A stretch of DNA of 64,000 nucleotides from Eledone cirrhosa (Eukaryota). Positions within the stretch are counted from its first letter, which is position 1, and each line of letters opens with the position of its first letter. Under the pieces are notes generated by a model. It was not told the origin of the DNA and made no database searches. It was given only the letters and a program-made list of their open reading frames with translations. The stretch spans positions 74,958,001 through 75,022,000 of the forward strand of contig OZ024740.1 in assembly GCA_964016885.1 (NCBI GenBank), in the 5' to 3' direction. The position numbers were made by a program, and so were the translations under genes. Below are positions 44,915 through 60,077 of the stretch, one piece after another.

Positions 44915-45212
44915 GATGAGGAGTTTACAAATCCAGTATCCAAGATACACCTTTAGCTTCATACACATCATTATTGGAGCTACGGGTTATATACCAACCC
45001 GCTTGGACTAAAGTATGACTGAACTTGGATTTGCGGACAAAGAGCTCAGCTCCCTAATTCATAGTCTACAAATGGCTGCGATAGCTGGCACCTTCAAAAT
45101 TTTCAAAACATTCTTGCGATTCAAGGGATGACAATTTCTTTTCTTTTACAACCTTGCCACCAGGAAGGTGGCCGGTCAAAAAAATATACTCGAAATTAAG
45201 AGAAAGAGATAA
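44915..45212 (+). mobile_element. 3'-terminal fragment of an RLE-type (R4/Dong-like) non-LTR retrotransposon inserted in (CATA)n
   Basis: MRSLQIQYPRYTFSFIHIIIGATGYIPTRLD*SMTELGFADKELSSLIHSLQMAAIAGTFKIFKTFLRFKG* (stop at 45131) resembles the RLE C-terminal PIIIGALG.IP motif. Short 3'UTR, microsatellite on both sides. Confidence 0.65.
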
Positions 45213-45675
45213 CATACATACAAACATACATACATACATATATGCATACATACATACATCGATACATACATACATGCATACATACATACATACAGTCATA
45301 CGGACATACATACATACATTTATTCATTCATACATACATATATACATACATACATACACACTTACATACACACATACATACACACATACATACATACATA
45401 CATGTGTACGTATCGGCTTTGAACACACCAATTCTACATAGCTACATTAAAACATTATACTGGTCCCTTTCCATATACCCATTGCATGTTCCCTTCAAAA
45501 CCTCCAGATTGTTTTGAAAAGTAATGTTGGTATATTTGGTGCCTGGTTCTGTTTTTGTTCTTTTACTTTTCATGAGAGAATCAAATTAGCAGACACAGCA
45601 ATAATTTTAGAATATGGTATATGGTAACATAAAGATAAATATAGTTGGATACACAAGCACACACACATACATGCG

Positions 45676-45720
<45 letters not shown>

Positions 45721-45789
45721 CCGTATCATCGCTCCCTACATCTCTCTCTCTCTCTCTTACACTATATGTGTGTGTCTAAATAAATAAAC

Positions 45790-45840
<51 letters not shown>

Positions 45841-45948
45841 CATCATTATCTAATATAGAAATGGCTTCTATACGAATGAAACAGTTCTAGTTCTGTAGAA
45901 GCTATTTCTATATTAATTAATGATGTTTACATTCTACTAATTTCATTC

Positions 45949-45991
<43 letters not shown>

Positions 45992-46053
45992 GCTTACATA
46001 CATACACACATACACGCTTACATACATACATACGTACATACATACATACACGC

Positions 46054-46084
<31 letters not shown>

Positions 46085-46133
46085 CATACATACATACGTA
46101 CATACATACATACATACATACATACATACACGC

Positions 46134-46164
<31 letters not shown>

Positions 46165-46230
46165 CATACATACATACATTCATACATACACACTTACATA
46201 CATACATACACGCTTACATACATACATACA

Positions 46231-46268
46231 TGATGGCTGCCCCCTCGTTATCGAGTATGGCCATTGCA
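46231..46268 (-). mobile_element. Diverged 3'-terminal remnant of the (ATGT)n-tailed retroposon family
   Basis: Reverse complement tggccatactcgataacgagggggcagccatc(atgt)n aligns with tggccgtactcgaaaacgagttggcagccacc(atgt)n. Confidence 0.55.
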
Positions 46269-46407
46269 CATACATACATACATACATACATACATACATA
46301 CATACATACATACATACATACATACATACGTACATACATACATACATAGATACATACATACATACATACATACATACGTACATACATACATACATACATA
46401 CATACAT

Positions 46408-46438
<31 letters not shown>

Positions 46439-46987
46439 TACATACATACATACATACATACATACATACATACATACATACGTACATACACACATACATA
46501 CATACATACACACACACATACATACATACATACATACATACATACATACATACATACATACATACGTACATACATACATATTCGTCAATCAAATTCAAAA
46601 GCATTGGATTTTCACATTTAATATAAAATCTGCTTAAAGCAGCTTCTGTGAAAATCGTTCGAAAATCTTTCCATTCATGCCAAAATTCCTCGTTCTCTGC
46701 CAGTGGTATTATCTTTTTTTCGTTTTTTCTCTCTTTGTTTGTTTGCTTGATGACAGTCACAGGACATAAACAAACATGACCGGTTTTTAACCTTGTGTTT
46801 TAAACGTAAGTAGACACACAAACACACATATACACATATGGATACACTTTCACACACATGTGTATATATATATATACACACACCCATACATAATTCTCAT
46901 ATACAGGTTTGTTAAAGTTTGATATAACCGAATATTACTCATTCCGTTCATAAACAACAGGTCACGTACTAACCCCCCCCCCCCCCC

Positions 46988-47028
<41 letters not shown>

Positions 47029-47138
47029 TTAAGGCCAGCTACTACAACAGTGTCATACCAGGTACGTATGTTTCATTAGCCCTGAGGACCAACTTGTTCA
47101 ACCCGAGCCAATGAAAATGAACCGGAAAACATGACTGC

Positions 47139-47171
<33 letters not shown>

Positions 47172-47896
47172 ATGAAAACTGAATTGAAATAGTAGCTTTC
47201 ATGGTATTTTTGTCTACATAAAATAGTTTAACGACAAGGCTTATAAACCAGCAGAACGTAAAACATGGGCACCGATCTGGGAGGGGTGGGGTATGTACCC
47301 TGTTATTAGACTATTCAACTTTCAGATTTCAATCACCGCCTACTTCTACACACACACACACACATACATACACACACACACACACAGACATACACAGACA
47401 TACACATACATACATACACACACACACACAGACATACACAGACATACACATACATACATACACACACACAGACATACACAAACACACACAGACATACACA
47501 TACATACATACACACACACAGACATACACATACACAGACATACACATACACACATACACAAACACACACACATACAGACATACACACACACACACACAAA
47601 CACACACACAGACACACACACACATACATACACACACACATACACACAGACATACACAGACATACACAGACACACACAGACATACACTCACACACACAGA
47701 CATAGACTCACACACACACACACAGACACAGCCAGCCATATATATCTCAAGACACCAGAGTTGGTCTATGAAACTGGAGGTAATATAAAGATACGTGAAA
47801 CTGTTAACATAAATCCTCTCAACTTAAAGAAGTTAGTGGGAAAATGCATGTAATTTTCACACACATACACAGACACACATATACACACACACATAT

Positions 47897-47935
<39 letters not shown>

Positions 47936-48590
47936 AACACATACACACACATACACACACACACATACCAACACAAAGATACAGATACATACAAACACAC
48001 ACACACATGCACACATACACACACACAGGCACACACATACGCATACATTCATACATACAGATACAGACAACATACAAACACACACTCACACACACATACA
48101 TGCACACATACACACACACATACCCACACAAAGATACAGATGCATACAAACACACCCATACACACACACACCCATACACACAAATACACACACACACACA
48201 TACACATACATGTAAACACACACACATACATTAATCGATGGTCTTACGACGGTTTCGACGACGAGTGTTCGAGCAGCAAAATTGCCTGCGCGTGAAATCA
48301 ACGTGAGTGCCTGAGCATTCCACAGACACGTGTACCTTTAAAGTAATACTTATGAGGATTCAGGATGACACGTTTGACTAGGCTGTTCCTTTGAATTACT
48401 GGTATGTAGATAGATATATAGATAGATAGATAGATAGATAGATAGTAACATAAATTGGCAGATCAATAGATAACTTTCTTTTTAATAGATAGGTAGGTTG
48501 ATAGCTAGCTAACTTGCTATATAAATATATATATATATGTATATATATATACATACATATATATATATATTTATATATATATATATATAT

Positions 48591-48790
48591 TTATTAAAAT
48601 AACAGATTAAAGTTTAAGCAAAGAATCGCTGCTTTCACCCTTAACGGGATCTTCTGAAACTCCCGTTAAGGGTGAAAGCAGCGATTCTTTGCTTAAACTT
48701 TAATCTGTTATTTTAATAAATATTTGCTCTACGGTTCTTATATATTATATCGAGCCCTCTTTGGATTTTAGTCTTCAAATTTATTATTAT
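48591..48790. mobile_element. Fold-back element (family I) with perfect ~60-bp arms plus one-sided tail, in (TA)n
   Basis: ttattaaaataacag...cccttaacggga / tcccgttaaggg...ctgttattttaataa. The centre resembles a damaged hammerhead (cagaaga-tccc-gttaa-gggt-GAAA). Confidence 0.75.
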
Positions 48791-48793
48791 TAC

Positions 48794-48835
<42 letters not shown>

Positions 48836-48883
48836 TATATATATATACACACACACACATATATATATATGTATATATGTATA

Positions 48884-48961
<78 letters not shown>

Positions 48962-48982
48962 TATATATATATGTATGTATAG

Positions 48983-49013
<31 letters not shown>

Positions 49014-49047
49014 GGTATATATATATATATATGTATATGTATATATG

Positions 49048-49100
<53 letters not shown>

Positions 49101-49344
49101 ATGTGTGTATATAGTATATATAAATGTATGCATATATATATAATATATATATAAATATATATATATATATGTATATATATATGTATGTATATATATATAT
49201 GTATGCATATATTTGTATGCATATATATATATATGTATATATATATATATCTATATATAGACAGACAAATTGAGCGATAGATAGATAGAGAGAAGAGAGA
49301 GAAGAAAGAGAGAAAAGAGAGAAGAGAGAGAGAGAGAGAGAGAG

Positions 49345-49386
<42 letters not shown>

Positions 49387-49536
49387 GCGAAGAAGGAATG
49401 AGATTTAGAGAAAGTAAGAAAGAGAGAGAAAAAGGAGAGACAGGGAGTGAGGGAGAGAGAGAGAATAGAGACGAAGGAAGAATGATATTTAGAGAAAGAA
49501 AGTGAGAGAGAAAGAGAGTGAGAGAGAAAGGGAGAC

Positions 49537-49568
<32 letters not shown>

Positions 49569-49861
49569 GGAAAATAGTGAAACGAAGACCTAGAGAAAGA
49601 AAGATAGTGAGTGAGTGAGTGAGAGAGAGAGGGGAGAGACAGAGAGACAAAGAGAGGAAGAGAAAGAGAGAGAGGGAGAGAGCTCGTCAGACTAACACAT
49701 CGAGATTTATTAAACTGAAAAGAAACTATATATATAATAAGGAAACAAGCAAAATGAAGAAAAAGACATTTAAGGAAACGTTAATAGTGTTGGTTGGGGT
49801 AGAGGGTCAATGTAATAAGAAAGATGTGAAAAAGAAGTTAAAGCTATGTAGCAAAACTCAC

Positions 49862-50212
49862 CAGCTTTGCAAGGATCCATATATAAATCGTCTGAAGTTT
49901 TGTGTACAGGTGTTCGACTGTTGGCATGTAGTGTATATTTGTTGCCATCTGTAATATTAAGCGATCCTCTTCCTTTTTGTAAGTTTAAAGTATTTAACTC
50001 CGACATCGTCTCGTTGTTGTTATTAGTTTTAACGGGAACTACGTAAGCCCAAACTGTACTGCATTGTAAAAGCCATAGCATCAACGCAACTGCCCACAAA
50101 ACTTGGCTCCGTGACCCCGTCCTCGTCGTCGTCGTAGTTGTAGTCCATCCACTTAATACTTTGTGGTTAATAAAGAAATCATTATTACTATTACTATTAT
50201 TATTATTATTAA

Positions 50213-50292
<80 letters not shown>

Positions 50293-50525
50293 CGCGATTT
50301 TATCCAATTTGAACCGGGACTTGTATGTCTGTGTTGTTTTTGTTGTTGCAGTTGTTTACTGTTGTTTCCACGACTTTCAACGCCATCTAGCCTGTTATTA
50401 CTGCTGTTGTTGTTGTTATTGTTGTTGTTGTAGTGGTTGTGGTTGTTGATATAGTAGTTTGTGTAGTTGTTATTGTGTTCCATTTTAGTTGTACACCAAC
50501 TATGTTCTTTCGTAGTCCACTTCAT
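49862..50525 (-). CDS. First coding exon of a Tolloid/BMP1-like (astacin family) metalloprotease precursor
   Basis: ORF 49770..50525(-) has a hydrophobic signal-like segment VLWAVALMLWLLQCSTVWA (about aa 142-160) and ends ...DDLYMDPCKA-G. [Y/M]DPCKA is the conserved start of the BMP1/Tolloid prodomain. It is followed directly by a consensus donor GCTG|GTGAGT (intron starts at 49861, phase 1; exon 664 nt = 221 codons + 1). Exact paralog (BMP1/TLL/tolkin-like) cannot be assigned. Confidence 0.85.
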
Positions 50526-50832
50526 AACAAATACTTACGAACAAACATCACACAAAAACAAAGAATTAAAACTTACAACAATTAAAAATATCCCCAAAAC
50601 CTCCTTCAAAATAAAAAGGTTTCTCGTCTTAGAATATGAATATTTTTTCCTTCTCTTTTTCTGCCGGGTTTTTGTGTTTAAAATATACAAAAATTGGAAG
50701 AAACCAAATTAATCATTTTTACATACGTACATGTTTTATCTACACAAACGTAAGGATAGATATATTCAAGTATATATGTATGTATGTGTGCGTGCGGGTT
50801 TGTTTGTGTGTGTGTGTGTATTTATATATATG

Positions 50833-50880
<48 letters not shown>

Positions 50881-51535
50881 TATATATGTATGTGTATATA
50901 TATGAATGTATATTTATATATATAAATATATATGTATATATATATAGATATAATATATATATGTATATATATATATATATGTATATATATTATACAAGGG
51001 CGTTATTGCGGTGTCTCTACGCCTTCGTTGATTTGCGAGCAGAAGATAGAGAGAGAATTCTGCCTGCTGTCCGTTTGCTGGCGATGTTTAAACGGTTCTT
51101 AGCTAAGGTAGCGATATTTCTCTACTTATCAACCAACTCACTCACTCTTTACCTCTCCCTCCACCTCACTTACATTTCCCATGCTCTTCTTATTACCCTC
51201 CCTATCTCCTTTCTATCTTTCTCTTTCAAATGTTTCCTTCTCTCACACTGTCTACATTTTTCTCTATGTCCATCTGTCTACTTCTCTCTCTCGCTCTCGC
51301 TTTCTCTCTCTTCAACTATATATCTTTTCCTACTTCCCACTCTCTCGCTTCTCTCGCCGAGGAGTAAGAGGAACTGTGCGTAACTGTACACACCCACACT
51401 AAGATCAACACACACATACATACACACGTATATACACATATATGTATATGTACACAGAGAAAACCCCCAACATCTCCGATTTAACAAACCACACACCAAG
51501 TCATAAACACTTGTTTATGTGCGTTCCCCCATATT

Positions 51536-51602
<67 letters not shown>

Positions 51603-51638
51603 TATATATATATATATACATATATATCTACATGTGTG

Positions 51639-51769
<131 letters not shown>

Positions 51770-51864
51770 ATATACGTGTGTGCGTATACATATATTCATG
51801 CATATATATGTATATATACGTTCACTCACGCACACACATATACAGTATATATCTAAATATATTT

Positions 51865-52008
51865 CTGTTTAAGTCAATGTCCCGTCACCTAGCGGTTCGC
51901 CAAAACAGAAATCGATAAAATAAGTACTGAAGCCAATATGGTCGGTTAATTCAATGTGGTACCCTAGTATGGCCGCAGTCCAATGACTGTAACCATTAAA
52001 AGAATAAA
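51865..52008 (+). mobile_element. SINE 3' fragment
   Basis: cgataaaataagtac...tatggccgcagtccaatgactgtaaccattaaaagaataa resembles the 3' tail of abundant octopus SINEs (recalled, not searched). Confidence 0.45.
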
Positions 52009-52277
52009 CAATGTATGTGTGAGTAAGTATGCATATGTATGTATGCATGCATGCAGTATGTATATAATATATGTATGTAATGTATGTATGTTTATATGTA
52101 TGTATATATGTATGTATGTATATTTATATACAGTGAAATCGATGTTAATGATATATTCTTCTATAGTGTATATATAAATATAAATTTATTAAACACACAC
52201 ACACACACACACACATATATAGTTATCCGTCCTCCGTCGAAATGGCATAAGCTTAGCCGTCGGGCACTAACTCTTTG

Positions 52278-52340
<63 letters not shown>

Positions 52341-52343
<3 letters not shown>

Positions 52344-52525
52344 CGAAGGAAATATGGTAAGGAACCAGGTGGACCATAACGCACCAAAGTACTCAATACT
52401 TAGGGTAGTAGAGTGGGTAATAGGAACGAGTAGGACCCCGACGGCTGAGCTCAAGCCGTTTCGACGGCTAATTGAGAATTAGCCGTCGAAACGGCTTGAG
52501 CTCAGCCGTCGGGGTCCTACTCGTT

Positions 52526-52528
<3 letters not shown>
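52341..52528 (-). mobile_element. Family F1 copy in (TA)n
   Basis: Near-exact reverse complement of 7073-7260. Confidence 0.85.
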
Positions 52529-52576
<48 letters not shown>

Positions 52577-52650
52577 TGTACATATGTATATACACATGTA
52601 TTTATATGTTTGTAAACATTTATAAATAAATTATATATATATATTATCTC

Positions 52651-52746
<96 letters not shown>

Positions 52747-52783
52747 TATATGTATGTATGTATGAATATGTAAGTATATATAT

Positions 52784-52882
<99 letters not shown>

Positions 52883-53189
52883 TATATATATATGTGTGTG
52901 TGTATATATATATCATATTAAATGTTTACAAACTCATATGAATATATATTTATGTACATATATATACATGTGTATATGCATACATACAATTTTTATGTGT
53001 GTGTGTGTGTGTATTTGTTTATATACATGGAGATGTATGTGTTTGCATGTATAAAACAATATTGCTGTTCATTTCAAACGCACACCGCGCCCCTATCACC
53101 ACATCTACTACCCCCAGTCACAGCCATCAACCTCATCACCCCGACCACCACCACCACTAGCACAATAACAACAACTTTAACAGCAGAGC

Positions 53190-54970
53190 CACCACCCCTA
53201 TCACCAACACACACATCACAACTACCACCACTACCATCATTACCACCGCTACCACCACCACTACCACCACACACACATCACAACTACCACCACTACCATC
53301 ATTACCACCGCTACCACCACCACCAACACCACACACACACATCACAACTACCACCACTACCACCACCACACACACATCACAACTACCACCGCTACCACCA
53401 CCACCAACACCACACACACATCACAACTACCACCACTACCACCACCACCAACACCACACACACATCACAACTACCACCGCTACCACCACCACCACACACA
53501 CATCACAACTACCACCGCTACCACCACCACCAACACCACACACACATCACAACTACCACCACTACCACCACCACTACCACCACACACACATCACAACTAC
53601 CACCGCTACCACCACCACTACCTCCACACACACATCACAACTACCACCACTACCATCATTACCACCGCTACCACCACCACTACCACCACACACACATCAC
53701 AACTACCACCACTACCACCACCACACACACATCACAACTACCACCGCTACCACCACCACCAACACCACACACACATCACAACTACCACCGCTACCACCAC
53801 CACCAACACCACACACACATCACAACTACCACCACTACCACCACCACCAACACCACACACACATCACAACTACCACCACTATCACCACCACACACACATC
53901 ACAACTACCACCACTACCACCACCACTACCACCACCACTACCACCACACACACATCACAACTACCACCACTACCACCACCACACACAGATCACAACTACC
54001 ACCACTACCACCACCACTACCATCATTACCACCACCATCACCACCACCGCTACCATCACACCTCCAACCCCACCATCACTACTGCCACCACACCACCGCT
54101 ACCATCATACTATCACCATTACCATCACCATCACCACTACCAGAACACATCCACCACCATCATCACAACCACCGCAACACCCCTCCACCACAACCACCAA
54201 CACCCTCCACCCCTCCACCACAACCACCACTACCACGACACTACCACAAGCACCACTACCACAACGCTTCCACTACCATCACAACCACCACCATCATCAC
54301 TACCGCAACACCACCATCACCATACCACCACTACCATCGCAACCCCCTCCCCCACTACCACAACACTTCCACCAACATCATCACAACCACAGCAACACCA
54401 CCACCACACCACCACTACCACCACCACCACCACTACCACAATACTTCCACCACTATCATCACAACCACCGCAACACCACCATCACCCCACCACACCACCA
54501 CTACCACCACCACCACCACTACCACAATACTTCCACCATTATCATCACAACCACCGCAACACCACCATCACACCACCACTACGACCACTACTACAATACT
54601 TCCACCACTATCATCACAACCACCGCAACACCACCACCACACCAACACTACCACCACCACCACCACTAGCATCACAACCACCGCAACACCACCACCACAC
54701 CAACACTACCACCACCACCACCACTAGCATCACAACCACCGCAACACCACCACCACACCAACACTACCACCACCACCACCACTAGCATCACAACCACCGC
54801 AACACCACCACCACTACCACAACACTTCTACCACCATCATCACAACCACCATAAAACCACCACTACCACCACCTCCACACAACCACGACCGCCGCACCAC
54901 CACTACCACCACCTCCACCGTAACACCACCACTACCACACCACCACCACCACACCACCAACACCACCACA
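53190..54970. repeat. (CAC/CTA)-rich minisatellite (cacacacatcacaactaccacc units)
   Basis: Seen directly. Confidence 0.9.
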
Positions 54971-55481
54971 AAGAGTTAGCAAGAACTTGGCAGGATTAAC
55001 TCCAAGTGTCTGAGACAAGTTTCTATGAATCTCTCCCACTCTCTCTTTCTCTATCACCTCGTCCCCTCTCATTCTATCAACCTCCTACCTCTCTCTATCA
55101 CCTCCCCCTCTCTCATTCTATCACACCCCCCTCTATCATTCTTTCAACCCTCTACCTCACTCTTACCCGCCTTTATAAACACTTTCACGCGTAGAGATAA
55201 ACAGGCGCTCACACGCACACACATATTCATACACAAACTCAAACACACACTCATTACACACACACATACATGTATACTGAAACCCGCCGACACACCGCAT
55301 TAACATATGCATATTACCCACATGCATTGGAAAATGCACGTGTATGTGTGTTCACACACACATGCACAAACAAACACACACATACACATACATACATTCA
55401 TACACTTAATCGTTTTCCCTCTCCATCGCTTACCTCTTATATGTGTTTTCGTTCGTTGTCTTGTCCTCTCTTTTCCTAACT

Positions 55482-55595
<114 letters not shown>

Positions 55596-55628
55596 GTATA
55601 TATATATATATGTATATATATATATACG

Positions 55629-55721
<93 letters not shown>

Positions 55722-55772
55722 ATATATAATATATATATATATATAATATATATGTATGTATATATATAAATA

Positions 55773-55804
<32 letters not shown>

Positions 55805-55845
55805 TGTTATACTTTGGGAGGGTCATGTTGCCAAATTCAGAAACG

Positions 55846-55918
<73 letters not shown>

Positions 55919-56220
55919 TGTACATATATATATATATATATGTATATATATGTATACTCACGCATATGTATATGCACACACACACACACATACACATATA
56001 TATATAGAGATAGATAGATAGAGAGATAGATACTCATATATACGCACTCAACACACACATAATGTGTAATATATGTATGTGTGAAGATGTATGCATGTGC
56101 ATATTTCTCTGTGTATCTGTGTGTGTATTTCTCTGTGTATGAATGAATGTGTGCAGTTGTGTACAGTAGGTACATCCCTGTCGCCTTTATTCATAAGATT
56201 TTGACAATGTGATTGATATT

Positions 56221-56322
56221 GTTGTAGTGGTAGTAGTAGTAGTAGTAGTAGCAGCAGCAGCAGCAGCAGCAGAAGTAGTAGTAGTAGTACTGGTAGTAGG
56301 AGTAGTAGTAGTAGAAGAAGTG

Positions 56323-56353
<31 letters not shown>

Positions 56354-56453
56354 AAGCAGTAGTAGTAGCAGCAGCAGCAGTAGTAGTAGTAGTAGTAGTA
56401 GTAGAATAAGTAGTAGTAGTAGTAGTAGTAGTAGTAGAAGAAGCAGTAGTAGT

Positions 56454-56485
<32 letters not shown>

Positions 56486-56761
56486 TAGTAGTAGTAGCAG
56501 TTATAGTAGTAGTAGTAGAAGCAGCAGCAGTAGTAGTAGTAGCAGTAGTAGAAGCAGCAGCAGTAGTAGTAGTAGCAGTAGTAGAAGCAGTAGTAGTAGC
56601 AGCAGCAGTAGTAGTAGCAGCAGCAGTAGTAGTAGCGTTAGTAGTAGTAGTAGTAGTAGTAGCAGCAGCAGTAGTAGTAGTAGTAGTAGTAGAAGCAGCA
56701 GCAGTAGTAGTAGTAGCAGTAGTAGAAGCAGTAGTAGTAGCAGCAGCAGTAGTAGTAGCGT

Positions 56762-56797
<36 letters not shown>

Positions 56798-56812
56798 CAG
56801 CAGTAGTAGCAG
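56221..56812. repeat. (GTA/GCA)n trinucleotide array
   Basis: Seen directly. Confidence 0.9.
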
Positions 56813-57076
56813 TTGTTGGTGTAGTCAAAGTGGGCGCTAGTCTTCCCACCGCACCATGAACACTCTCCCTTTCTCTCTCTCCCCCTCGGTGTGTGTGTGT
56901 AAGAGAATGTATGTATATATATATATATATATATATTATTTATATATATATATATATGAATATATATATATATATATATATATATGAATGTGTGTATGTG
57001 TGTGTGTGAGTGAGTGTGTGTATAAATCTTTTTGTATTTATATATATATATATATACATATATATGTATGAATAGA

Positions 57077-57163
<87 letters not shown>

Positions 57164-57252
57164 ATACATATAAATCTGTGTATAAATGTGTGTATAAATC
57201 TTTTTGTATTTATATATATATATATATATATATACATATATATATGAATAGA

Positions 57253-57305
<53 letters not shown>

Positions 57306-57413
57306 TTATATATATATACATATAAATCTGTGTATAAATGTGTGTATAAACATATATATATGAATTATATATATATATATACATATTTATATATGAATAG
57401 ATGAATATATATA

Positions 57414-57514
<101 letters not shown>

Positions 57515-57936
57515 TATATAGTTGAAATGTGTGTGTATATATATATACACACTGATATACGTAGATGAAAATATATATGTGTGGATTTGTGTGTGTGTGT
57601 GAATGCGTTTGACCTCACAATAATATCGGCTGGTGCACAAATGGAAACAAGACATTGAAATAACTGAAGCTCACATATGCACACATAGTACACATATAAA
57701 CGTGCAAGCACATACGCATAGAGACCTCTACACATGCATACATACAGGCACATAATTCTGCGTGTATGTATATATATGTGAAAGATTATTTCATTTAGTT
57801 GGCTTATGTATTATCTCTTTTATATGTATGTTTATATGTATGTGTAAAAGCATATATACATACATACATATACATATATATATACACACATACATACACA
57901 TACATACATGCACATTCTCTCTCACACACATACATA

Positions 57937-58185
57937 TAAAACCCAGCCAGACCATAATTCACCTGAGTACTGGATACTTGGGGTAGTAGAGTGGGTAATA
58001 TGAAAAGATTCAGGACCCCGACGGCTGAGCTTCGGCCGTTTCGACAGCTAGATCCGAACTGCGGTGGAAACGGCCGGAGCTCAGCCGACCGGGTCCTGAA
58101 CCTTTTCATATTACCCACTCTACTACCCCAAGTATCAAGTACTCAGGTGAACTATGGTCTGGCTGGGTTTTACTACACCTTATCT

Positions 58186-58248
<63 letters not shown>

Positions 58249-58440
58249 CGAAGGAAGTGTGGTAAGGAACCAGATGGACCATAACGCACCAGAATACTCA
58301 ATACTTAGGGTATAGAGTGGCTAATAGGAAAGTGTTCAACCCCGACGACAGAACTCAAGCCGTTTCGACGGCTATTTCTGGACCAGAAATAGCCGTTGAA
58401 ACGGCTTGAGCTCTGCCGTCGGGGTCTTGAACATTTTCCT
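57937..58440. mobile_element. Two F1 copies (long-arm subfamily 57937-58189; 58246-58440), tail-to-tail across (TA)n
   Basis: 57937-58189 has ~105-bp inverted arms that include most of the tail, with core cggccgtttcgacagctagatccgaac...gaaacggccgg. Confidence 0.8.
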
Positions 58441-58495
58441 ATATGTATATTGAGAGAGTGAGAGGAAGGGAGATGTGAGAGAGAGAAAGAGAGGG

Positions 58496-58581
<86 letters not shown>

Positions 58582-58639
58582 GAAAGGGGTGGGGGGAGTG
58601 AGAGCGTTCCGAACCAAAAAATATATCCTGCATTGAATC

Positions 58640-59198
58640 TGAGTTCATGTAATGTATAGAGTACAGAACATTAAAAATGATAGTCAAACAGGGCGAGGGA
58701 CCCAGAGTCGGAAGGATGTTCCACGTTGAAACTGATGTTTCCGTTGGCATCGTTCAAAGACCCATATATCCTGTTGGCATTCTCACGGGTAGATATGATG
58801 ATGAGGATATCATCCACATATCTAGTGAAGAATGTTGCAAGAGCTGAGCTTGAGTACTCGGCGTTCGTGTCTGTTCATGTATGAGATGGCCAATAAACCC
58901 AACAGGCTGGATGCTCAGGAAACTGAAGAACGCATCGTTGCCAACGATGGATATGAGCTGGTGCATGTCGGTGGTGGTGAAGCCGAAATAATCTCGGTAG
59001 CTGGAATAGACACATTCTGTAATTATGTCCACAGCCAGAAGCGCTAGTACCGATGTATATAGAGATACCATGTCTAGGCTGGTATCTCTATTGTTGTATT
59101 TGTAGACGTCGGGTTCCAGTTGGTTGAGTCGTTAGATGATTTCATCCGAGCTGTTGACGTGGCCCTGGAAATTTACCAACAGGGGTTTTAGTATCGTG
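58640..59198 (-). mobile_element. Penelope-like element reverse transcriptase pseudogene fragment
   Basis: Minus strand: PLLVNFQGHVNSSDEII*RLNQ...TSLDMVSLYTSV (PLE motif S[FL]DVxSL[FY]TxV). After frameshifts: FFTRYVDDILII...LNDANGNISFNVE (catalytic YVDD near 58810-58821). Confidence 0.8.
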
Positions 59199-59200
59199 GA

Positions 59201-59295
<95 letters not shown>

Positions 59296-59475
59296 GCAAA
59301 AAGAAAACGAAAACAAAAAAACGAACAAACAACACAGTTCAATATAGAAATATATTAGTTGAACGCCTGATACAGTAGGAAACAGTGATTACGTCTCGAA
59401 CCTAGAACATAGAATAAGAAATAAAAGATGAAATAGAAAGGAACGTAAAAATGTTTTTCAGAATAGCAGATATGT

Positions 59476-59568
<93 letters not shown>

Positions 59569-59569
59569 C

Positions 59570-59626
<57 letters not shown>

Positions 59627-59664
59627 ATTAAATAAATGGAAAACTATATTTATAAAACCATATT

Positions 59665-59730
59665 TATTTCATTATATATATTTCGGGGATATCATATTAA
59701 CAATATGCTATGCCTTCATCAGACAAAATA
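59665..59730 (-). ncRNA. Minimal hammerhead (family F, diverged)
   Basis: Reverse complement tattttgt-CTGATGA-aggcatagcatatt-gtt-aatatgatatcccc-GAAA-tatata-TA-atgaaata. Downstream sequence is homologous to 40630-40680. Confidence 0.6.
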
Positions 59731-59812
59731 CAATATAAACAGTTTTATAGATAAATATATTCGACATACCGTAATAAACATCAACTTCATTTGGAGAGGT
59801 TTACGCTAGCAG

Positions 59813-59849
<37 letters not shown>

Positions 59850-60008
59850 GGATTTCGCTTCAAGCATAGCTTTATACAATATGTATAAATATTTCGTATC
59901 TCCAAAGAAATACGGTTTTAGAAAGCCGTAGCTATGCAACACCGGGGGGTGGAGTGGGGGTGGGTGGCTAACGCCCTCTGGTGATGTCCAGCAGAAGCAA
60001 GGGGGACA

Positions 60009-60052
60009 ACCGTCTATGCATTTCAGGCTTAACTGGCCTTCGTCAGGACGGT
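60009..60052 (-). ncRNA. Minimal hammerhead (family G, left arm), textbook fold
   Basis: Reverse complement accgtc-CTGACGA-aggc-cagttaa-gcct-GAAA-tgca-TA-gacggt. 6-bp stem I, 4-bp stem II, palindromic augcau stem III, AUA site. Confidence 0.85.
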
Positions 60053-60077
60053 CCCTCCCAACGCGTGCGACTGCTGG

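Noticed and set aside
47077-47140. Possible hammerhead tagcc-CTGAGGA-cc...gg-AAAA-catg-AC-tgcta between (TA)n tracts
   Set aside because: Needs several core substitutions (G12, U16.1) and a stem I mismatch; at most a dead relic.
49770-49861. C-terminal tail EFCYIALTSFSHL... of the 251-aa ORF
   Set aside because: Lies after the GTGAGT donor and is intron read-through.
50990-51390. Promoter or 5'UTR of the Tolloid-like gene
   Set aside because: Unique, CpG-containing sequence in the right place, but no diagnostic motif could be supported without transcript data.
52922-54727. 601-aa His/Thr/Pro-rich ORF
   Set aside because: Translation of a (CAC)-rich minisatellite; the frame drifts between repeat phases.
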